A program made the position numbers and the translations under genes. The notes under the pieces were generated by a model that did not search any database, was not told where the DNA came from, and saw nothing but the letters and a program-made list of their open reading frames with translations. From the human T2T-CHM13v2.0 reference genome, Homo sapiens, in the NCBI RefSeq assembly GCF_009914755.1, contig NC_060926.1: 64,000 nt of DNA. One strand, given 5' to 3'. Of this stretch, positions 55,169 to 64,000 are shown one piece after another. The stretch's first letter is position 1; each line of letters opens with the position of its first letter.

Positions 55169-57339
55169 AAGAGATCACTTTTTAGGGGAATCTGGGTGTT
55201 GGCTGGAGAGAATCATTCTATGCGCTTTTAACTTTGCAACTTCTGTGAGTCTACGATTATTTTTAAATAGAGTTAAAAATTATATATATACACACACACA
55301 TATATACTACATAGTATATTATAATATATTCAGGAACACCTCTATGAGGTAAAACAAGCACATCTTCATTGCACACTCAGTCTAGGTGGTGACTGATCTC
55401 TCTTTGCCTCTGCCTGGTAATTTATAAAATAAAGTACTGGACCTAGAGTCTGTAATGCCCAAATCCCGTGGTAGCTGATGGCTTCAATCACTTAATCTTT
55501 CACCAAAGGGGCATCAACAGCAGAAAATAAACTCATTTTTAAAATCACGTTTCCTTGTCCCATGACCTAGAAAAGGAGCAAAGATCCAAAGTGAGTAATC
55601 TGCTTTTGTGATGTTAGCCAGAACCAAATTTATCTCCCTTGTCTTTCTTAAGTTTAGCACCTGAACTTGATTATTGTATCATTCTAATTTTAATCCTAGT
55701 TAGAGTGAGTTAGTTCTACCCAATTTTAGTTGCTTAAATGGAAAAAGTGGAAATAGGGGCAGAAGTTAAAGGAGATTATCAAGGAATTGGACGTATTGGA
55801 TGAGATAGGGAGAACAGGAAGGGAATGTACTTATTCATTTACTCAAGGGTGAGTCCTCGCCTCTGGGCTCTGGGCAGTACATTGTCTGATGGCACAAGGA
55901 TGGACACACTCCGACCCCTGGCACTTGCTTTCCAGGCTGCCGGAAGACAGCAAGCCAGTAAACAAGTTGTGGTCTGTAGCACCAGGTAGCCATAAATGCC
56001 ATGGAGAAAAATAGAGTAAGAGAAAGCTGTGGGAGTGGGAATCAGAGAAAGCAATTTGTTCATACTTGGAGTGACATTGCTTCTGCAGCAAGAGTGAGAT
56101 AGAGTTACAGCCATCATAAATTTTATAGATTAGCAAAAACAAAGTTAAATCTTAATCCTGGTATTGCGTTAGTGAAATGGAACTGGATTGCTATATCATT
56201 TTAATTTTAATTCTAGTTAAAGTCATTTTATTTTCCCCACTTTTCCAGATCCTGGCAGGGTTTGATTCTCACACTTACTTTGTGTAGCAGCAGCCATAAA
56301 AATGTACATGTTCTTTGACCCATAATGCAGTGATTCTCAATCTCACTGGACCTAATGCCCTCTTTTTGACAATAAATATTTTGTAACACTCCCTTTACTA
56401 ACCTGAATGAAATCACGGATCACATAACCTATCTAGAGACGTAATTGCAAGAATTCAAGACAATACTTAAGGAAACCAAAGGCAAGTTATTTATATTATA
56501 AATATATTTATTTAATAACAAAGTAAACATGATCACAGCAAGACATACAATGCCTGCATCTATACTCAGAATTACTGTGTCAGCCTCGAATGCAGATGCC
56601 CAGGCTTATGGTCCAGTCACACCTGGGAGCATTGCAGGTTGCCATGGGGATGGGAAAGGAGAGGCGGCGGTGTCACTTGTGTACTGGCCTAAAGCACCTC
56701 TAATTTCAAGGGAACAGGGGAGTTTAATTCTTCCATAGGCCTGGGACTTGGAAAACCTGAAAGCTTTGGTGTAACTAAGTTCAGGGCTCTTAACTGCCTG
56801 CATGTATTTTACCACGTGGCATTTGACAGGACACGGGGTATGGCACAGTCCTCTGTTGGTTGAGACGGTCCCATGCATTTCATACCTGGCTCTGCCCACC
56901 AATGCCAATAAAGCTTCCCCAGGCAAAAATGCCTTGAAAGTTTTCAGCATCCCTCTTATTGGCAGAGTGGCCCTCTTTAAGAGCCTCTGTATCAATCAAG
57001 TTCGTGGGGATTTATTCTCAGGAAATAATACAAAATATGACTATGCTATTTGTCTGCTTATATTGCTATCAAGGTTATTATGACAATGTAAAACTGGAAA
57101 CAACCTAAGTATCCAACCAAATGGAAATGTTTAGTTAGCTATGATTTATCAAAACAAAAGTATACGGTTAGTAAATAAACAAATAGAATTCTACATAACA
57201 GTGCAAATCAAAAATGTCATTTATGATATATTGTTGAGTTAAAGCAAACATAACATTTTATATAATCTGTATAAAAACATGCATGCATATAAAGCAAAGA
57301 AGAAATGTTCTTAAATTGATAGTTGAAAGAGAATGAATC

Positions 57340-57600
57340 AGCTATCTATTGATTTGTAACAAACCACCGCAAAACTTAGTGCTTTGAGACAACAATTTGT
57401 TAGCTCATGATTCTGTAGGTCAGCAGTTTGGGCTAAGCTCACACGACGTGGTTTTTCTGCTGCTCTGCTGGTCTTCCCTGGGCTCACTCGTGCTGTGGCA
57501 GCAGCATGTCGGGGCTGAGTGGAGGCACGCTGGTCCAAGGTGGCCTCGTTCACATGTCTAGTGGTTGTTGCTAACCATCAGCTGAGTTTCTGCAGCGGGC
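57340..57600 (-). mobile_element. MLT1 LTR fragment
   Basis: GTAACAAACCACCGCAAAACTTAGTGCTTTGAGACAAC...GCTCATGATTCTGTAGGTCAGCAGTTTGGGCT. Confidence 0.65.
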
Positions 57601-58129
57601 TAGCCATGGACATCTTCTTTGAACCGCCACAGAAGAGCATGCAGTATTTTAGGCCCAAATTATAACTTTAAAGCTGCTGAAGTAGAAGATAGAGATTGAA
57701 GTAGAGGATAGAGATTGTTTTATTTGTGCATTTCAATACTATTCCCCAAAGGTCTAATTGACCAGAGAATGTCAGGGGTGAAAAAGAGAACGGACCAGCC
57801 TTCTGGTCCACGGAAGGCAAGCAGGTTTTACTAAAGTGTCAGCTAAAACAATTGGTCCCAGGACCAGTGTTAGAGACTGATACAGGCAAGAAGGGAGAGC
57901 AAGCAATAAGTAGTTAATGAAGTTGGCCACAGGGGAGGATGGGGGATGGTGTGATAAATGCCCCACATTTGCCTTGGGGAAATAGAGACCCTTGTAAGAA
58001 TGAGGTCTTGTATTTGATTCCTTCCAAGGAGTTTGCTAAGTGACAAATAGATCTTATTGGGTTGCAGTATTAAAGATACTGTCATTTTTTACACTGCTGA
58101 GACTGATGAGCGATAAACTCTTTGCACAG

Positions 58130-58239
58130 GTTGTGGGGCGGGAACTGCTGGCCCAATACACCAAACAGTATGAAGAAAAACCACTCTTTGGCCTGCTCCA
58201 AAACTGGGCTGAATCTGTGGGGGACAAGCTGAGAACCAG
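58130..58239 (+). CDS. ACOXL: ACOXL internal coding exon (110 nt, phase 0 to 2): [36 protein letters not shown]
   Basis: Acceptor CTCTTTGCACAG| and donor CAG|GTACGT; in frame with both upstream exons; [10 protein letters not shown] parallels ACOX1 MLQ-TARFL. Confidence 0.93.
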
Positions 58240-58477
58240 GTACGTATTACTCAGGCCATCATCATCTGCCTTCAGTGGGTTATCATGAAGCCTGAGTTCA
58301 TACAGCCTTGGCATAACTCACTCTTGCTTGAAATTTTTAGTGTTTGCTGTATGCAAGAAATCTGTGAATCTGTAAAATGAATACTCATACACTCACTACC
58401 AACTTAAAAACTAAAACATTGCTCATTCTGTTCTTTCTCCTTGAGTTCCTTCTTTATTTCATGTTCACTGTTCCAAG

Positions 58478-58650
58478 CAGTTTACAGATTTTAATCCTAA
58501 AAACCCCATGAGGTAAGTTCTTATTTCCATTTCACAGATGAGGAAACTGAGGCACAGAGGTTAAGTACCTTGCTCAAGGTTACATGGCTAGTGAGTGGCA
58601 GAGGTGAGATTTGAACCCAGACAGTCTGGCTTCAACATCCATGCTTTTGG
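58478..58650. mobile_element. MIR (well preserved)
   Basis: CCATTTCACAGATGAGGAAACTGAGGCACAGAGGTTAAGTACCTTGCTCAAGGTTACATGGCTAGT..GATTTGAACCCAG. Confidence 0.9.
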
Positions 58651-59877
58651 TTGTTTGTATTAATCTTTCAGTATTGTCTGTTAGCTTTATAAATAAAGCA
58701 TAATATATGTAACATTTTGTAACTTTGTTTTCCCTCAATATTTTGTTTCTTAGAATCATTCAAATTGTTAAGTATAGGTGCAGAACTCCTCTTCACAATA
58801 TTCTGTAATATTCCATCCTGTATATATGCCACACTGTACTTACCCATTCTAATCTCTGATATCTTGGACATTTGGGTTGTGTATGGTTTTTTGATATTTT
58901 GCATGATGCTGTTATGAAAAACCCTGTACATGTTTTCTGGGGGATGTGCACAAGAGTTTTTATAGGGCTTTCAAACTTAATTGACATTACTTAGAATAAG
59001 AAATACACTTTAAATCACCATGGACACCCATATATCCATAGGACCTCCACTTCAGACGCAACTGAAGCAAACAGTTCATGGAGCAGTGGCTACCTTCCTA
59101 TTTATTACTAGTGATGCTCTCTGATATTTTTAAATTTTATTTTTAAAGAATACTGATCTTAGCAGAATATTGATTTCAGCCAGACATGGTGGCTCATGCC
59201 TGTGATCCTAGCACTTTGGGAGGCCAGGACAGAAGGATTGCTCAAGCCCAGGAGTTCGAGACCAGCCTGGGCAATATGGTGAGACCTCTGTCTCTACAAA
59301 AATAATACAAAAATTAGCCAGGCGTGGTGGCACATGCCTGTGGTCCCAGCTGCTTGGGAGGCTGAGGCAGGAGGATCACTTGAGCTGGGAGGCAGAGGTT
59401 GCAGTGAGCTGAGATCATGCCACTGCACTCTAGCCTGGGCAACAGAGTGAGACCTTGCCTAAAAAAAAAAATACTGACCCCAACCCTTAAACTGATTTTA
59501 TGACCTTTTAGTTATTTGCAATCTGTTGTTTGAAAAACACTCCCCTACGGTATATATTACCTAGGAATGGAATTGCTGTGCTATGGAGTAATGTTCAACT
59601 TTACTAGATAGTGACAAATTATTTTTCAAGGTGGTTGTATAAATTTACACCCCCATTAGCAGCATGTATCTTGTGGGGCCTTATTCTGTTCTCACCAACC
59701 CTTGGTACTATCAGACTTCTTAATTTTTGTCAATACAATATAAGAAATGATCTCTCACCCTGACTTTAAACTGAATTTTCTCAATTACTATTAAGGATGA
59801 GCATGATTTCACATGTCTGTTTGCCATTTGTATTTCTTCCTGTGTAAAATGCCTGTTCATGTTTTTTGCCTATTTTT

Positions 59878-59921
<44 letters not shown>

Positions 59922-60530
59922 TTGTTCTTATTGATTTTTAAGGGCTCTTTATCCTTTGTTGTTACAAATGCTATAATTATCTTTTCTATGTTTGTGGCTT
60001 GTCTTATATTTTCTTTATCGTGTGTTTTGATTGAGATAAATTCATTAATTATAGTCGAACTTATCAATCTTTTCTTTTATATCCAACACTTTTTCTGCAT
60101 CATCTATTCTGAGGTCATGAAATCTATATCTTTAAAACTTTGAAAGTCTCACCTTTTACATTTAATTATTGAATCCATACACATTTTTGTGTATGGTTTG
60201 AGGAAGGGATCTAATTTTATTTTTCTCCTTTGTGGACAGTCAGTTGTTCCGGCACCGTTTACTGAATTGGACATTCTTTTCTAGTAACCTGCAAGGTCTC
60301 TTTGGCATTTATTAAATCTCCGTCTATTTGAGAGTTTGTCTTGGGGCTATTTTGTTCCTAGTCTCTTTGTGTATTTTTGATCCAACAATACACTGTTATA
60401 ATTACTCTGGCTTTATAATAAAATATTACTATAGTATTATTATATCAGAAATGTAATTCAGAATTGGGTTGGCTGTTCAGAATCTTTGGCCATTTCATGT
60501 AAGTTTTGTAATAAGTTTGTCAAGTTTCTT
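58650..60530 (-). mobile_element. Old L1M fragments with a nested hAT element (about 58965-59541), an Alu and (GT)20 at 59881-59920
   Basis: CCTAGGAATGGAATTGCTG, CAAGGTGGTTGTATAAATTTACAC and GTAAAATGCCTGTTCATGTTTTTTGCC antisense L1 motifs. Confidence 0.7.
59178..59471 (+). mobile_element. AluJ
   Basis: GAAGGATTGCTCAAGCCCAGGAGTTCGAG and GGAGGATCACTTGAGC AluJ-type motifs; A tail. Confidence 0.9.
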
Positions 60531-60544
60531 AGAAGTAAAACAAA

Positions 60545-61110
<566 letters not shown>

Positions 61111-61114
61111 TTAC

Positions 61115-62520
61115 CATTTGTTATTTGTTATCACAGGCCTGCAAACCTGCTGAAAGTTTCTTTGAAAATATATTAAATCTATATACTTGCAGAAAATTGA
61201 CATATTTATAAAGCAGGTCTTCCTCTCAAAGATTTTCATCTTCAAAGTGTCCTTCAGGGTTGTATAATTTTTTCCATACATACTATATCCGTTCATAGAT
61301 TTATTACTGGTTACTTTATAATTTTGTTGTTAAAAGAATATTTTTAAATTATGATTTTTGTAGTTAATGATTTATTATACATGCAATTGGCTTTTGTTTA
61401 TAAATCTGACTGTAAAGAAATTTCTTTTAAATGTGTCTGTAGATTCTTTGGAGGTTTTTTCCATAGACACTAATTTGCAAATTATAAATTTTTATTTCTT
61501 CCTTTCCAACTGTTATTTATTTTATTCTTTTCATGTCTCACAGCAAGAGCTAGGACCACCAGCACAATTTGAATAGAAGCCATCTTACAAGGTGTTCTTT
61601 TGTCTTATTGCTGATTTTATTTATTATGTTAGAGACAGGGTCTTGTGCTGTCTTTCAGGCTGGAGTGCTGAAGTTTTTGATAGACACACTTTACTTCCTA
61701 AAGAAGCTTATACATTTTAAATGTATTTTTGTCATTACCAGATTAATTTTATCAAATGATATTTTTCTGCATCTGTTGAAACGATCATATATTTCTTCTT
61801 CATTTTGTTAGTTTGGTGAATAATTTTTGCCGATCATCTAATGTTAAACTACCCTTGCATGCTTAAGAAACACTCAATTTTGTTATGCTGTATTATCATA
61901 TTTATATTTTCTTGGATTTGGCTTGTTAGTATTTTTTAGGGGGAGGAGATTGTATATTTATGGTTTTCCATTCTTGTACGTGCCTGATTTAGATTTATGT
62001 CAAAGTTTTACATCTCTCATAGAGTTATTTTGGGGGGAGTGGTTTCTTATTCTGTGAAAGAATTTGATAATTCATCAAATTTGAAAATAATCCGGGCTTG
62101 GCGAGTAAACTATTTAATTAGCTTAATTGTTTAAAGCCTAGGCTTTTCTTTTCATGTTAGTTTAAGTAAATTGTATTTTTCTAGGAATTTATTCATTTGG
62201 TTTTGATTTTATTGGTATAAGTTTTTATGTGTACTATTCTATCATTACCTTTTTAACTTCTGCTAGATCTGTAGTTGTGTCTCATTTGTCATTCCTAAAA
62301 TGCCTTCTTATGCTTTCTCCTTTCTTTGTTGTTGTTGCTCAGTCTCATTCAGATGTTTGACTGGTTTATTGTTATTTTTCAAACAACTGATTTTTCCCTT
62401 TGATCCTTTGTGTCATACCTTTCTTTTCTATTTCATTGATTTATGCTCATGAATGTATTGTCTCCTATATTATACTTTTAGAGAGCTTGTTATGCTTTTT
62501 TCTTTTGTGTATTTTTTAAT
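61115..62520 (-). mobile_element. Highly degenerate L1M fragments with a short Alu remnant at about 61628-61668
   Basis: T-rich antisense L1 motifs (TTTTCTGCATCTGTTGA, TTTTCTAGGAATTTATTCATTT). Confidence 0.6.
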
Positions 62521-64000
62521 TATTATTTTTTTGAATGAGATTATTGGTCCCTCAAACCAAAAGTATTGAACTAGTTTCTAAGGAAACTATTCATTAGAAA
62601 ATAGAATCTCACAATCCTGATTAAACACATGGAAAACACAGTAAATGACGGCCTGGGATTCTTTATAGCCATTGGGATGACGTGAAATTGAGAAATCTGT
62701 TACCTGTCTTTTTTTTTCCTTTTTTTATTGCTGCTCAGGACCCTGTTTATTCAAACTGTGGTCCATCTTAAAGCTTGAAAACACGAGCTCCTACATGTTA
62801 GGACTGTTTCACTGGAGTCTCTGTTAGTTTAAATGTCTCCATTTGTCTTCATACTAGAGCTAGTGGGTCTTCCTAATATTTCTAGCTGTTGAGTAGGACG
62901 TTTACAGTATGGTTAGCTTTTTCCTCCAATGTATTAGTTTGAAAATTGTCCAACATATTAAGGAGTTGAAAGAATAGTACGACTCCCCACCAGAATCAGT
63001 TCCATCCTTGCAGGAAACTTGTTCCCCAACTGGCCACAAATCATCTGCCCTTTCGTTTCTTTTTCAGATAGCAAAGCAGGGCTTGATTCCATCATTTTGG
63101 AAGCACGACACGCTCTCACCCATATGCAAATCTATATCCCTAGCACATTTTCCAGCACAGAGTTGAGATGTGCCAAAGGCAGTATTCCAAATGTAAATAT
63201 TTGGAAAGTTCCAGTCCATTTATTTTTGTCTCAGTTATTAACCTCCAAAACAGTGTACATCTGTCTCCCACACATCTAGGTTTTACTGATTCAGTCCCTG
63301 TGTTTATCTACTTAAATCCCGAAACTTTACTTACTCTGACTTTATATGAAGGAAAGCCTTTGTCATCAACGTGTTTTCAGCACTCACTGTGTACCGGGCA
63401 CTTCTCTAAGCATTGGTGATCAGCAGTTACTAGGGGCTCTGTCTTCATGGAGTCTGCACTCCGAGAGCAGTAGGATGGTAGGCATAGTGACAGCCCTGAG
63501 AAAGGTACTCTTGAGCAGGTGGGGACCTGAGGAAAGATGGGCTGAGAACTTCCTGGTACCCTTAAATCCCTCCAGTGGGCACCCATTTGTCCGCACAGTA
63601 ACTACCCCTCATTTCGGCCTGGAAGGAGTCAGTCATGGTACTGAAAAGCCTCCATGGGACGAGGTAAGGCAGATGGAGCATGGCAGGGAGAGGAGCCCTG
63701 AAAGGAAGTGGCTTTGAAAGGGGGTTGTACCTGGCTCTGCAGATAGCCCCATTCAGCTCTGGCTTGTCCCTGCAAGGGTTGTCTCTCTTCCTCCTGCATG
63801 GTAGCCTGCCACTGGGGCCCCTCCCACTCTCATCAGCCTGTGGACCTTTAGGAGGTGGTGGTAGATGTCCAGGAAAGTCAAGATTTTGCCTTGCACCCAA
63901 CGTGTTTTTCTACATTATGCTGTAAAATTTACAAATATTCAGCAAAGTTGAAATAATTTTACAGGAAGCATTTATGTACAAACCATGGAGATTCTATTAA

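Overview
This is primate, most likely human, genomic DNA from inside the ACOXL (acyl-CoA oxidase-like) gene on the + strand. In human this gene lies at 2q13 next to BCL2L11, which is recalled knowledge rather than something visible in the window. Three internal coding exons (4497-4650, 34647-34736, 58130-58239) splice in frame across introns of about 30 kb and 23 kb. They give ...[12 protein letters not shown]...CRECTGGM|[30 protein letters not shown]|VVGRELLAQ..., the acyl-CoA oxidase GG-x-GY and TFEG catalytic region. The rest is intron filled with repeats: a THE1 MaLR element and solo LTRs, old and young L1s, about 14 Alus, MIR/L2, hAT and Tigger DNA transposons and microsatellites. An RPL5 processed pseudogene sits inside an L1. 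There are no prokaryotic, CRISPR, rRNA or tRNA features, and almost all listed ORFs are spurious. The most interesting observation is that the 90-nt phase 0-0 exon carrying the predicted catalytic Glu has a (TG)19T5 tract at its 3' splice site, a CFTR-like layout that could switch the catalytic exon in or out. Other notable items are a twin-primed mini-L1, two tail-less Alus, two MITEs with abutting target duplications and candidate enhancers. Repeat subfamily names come from remembered consensus sequences and are approximate, as are the boundaries of old repeats.
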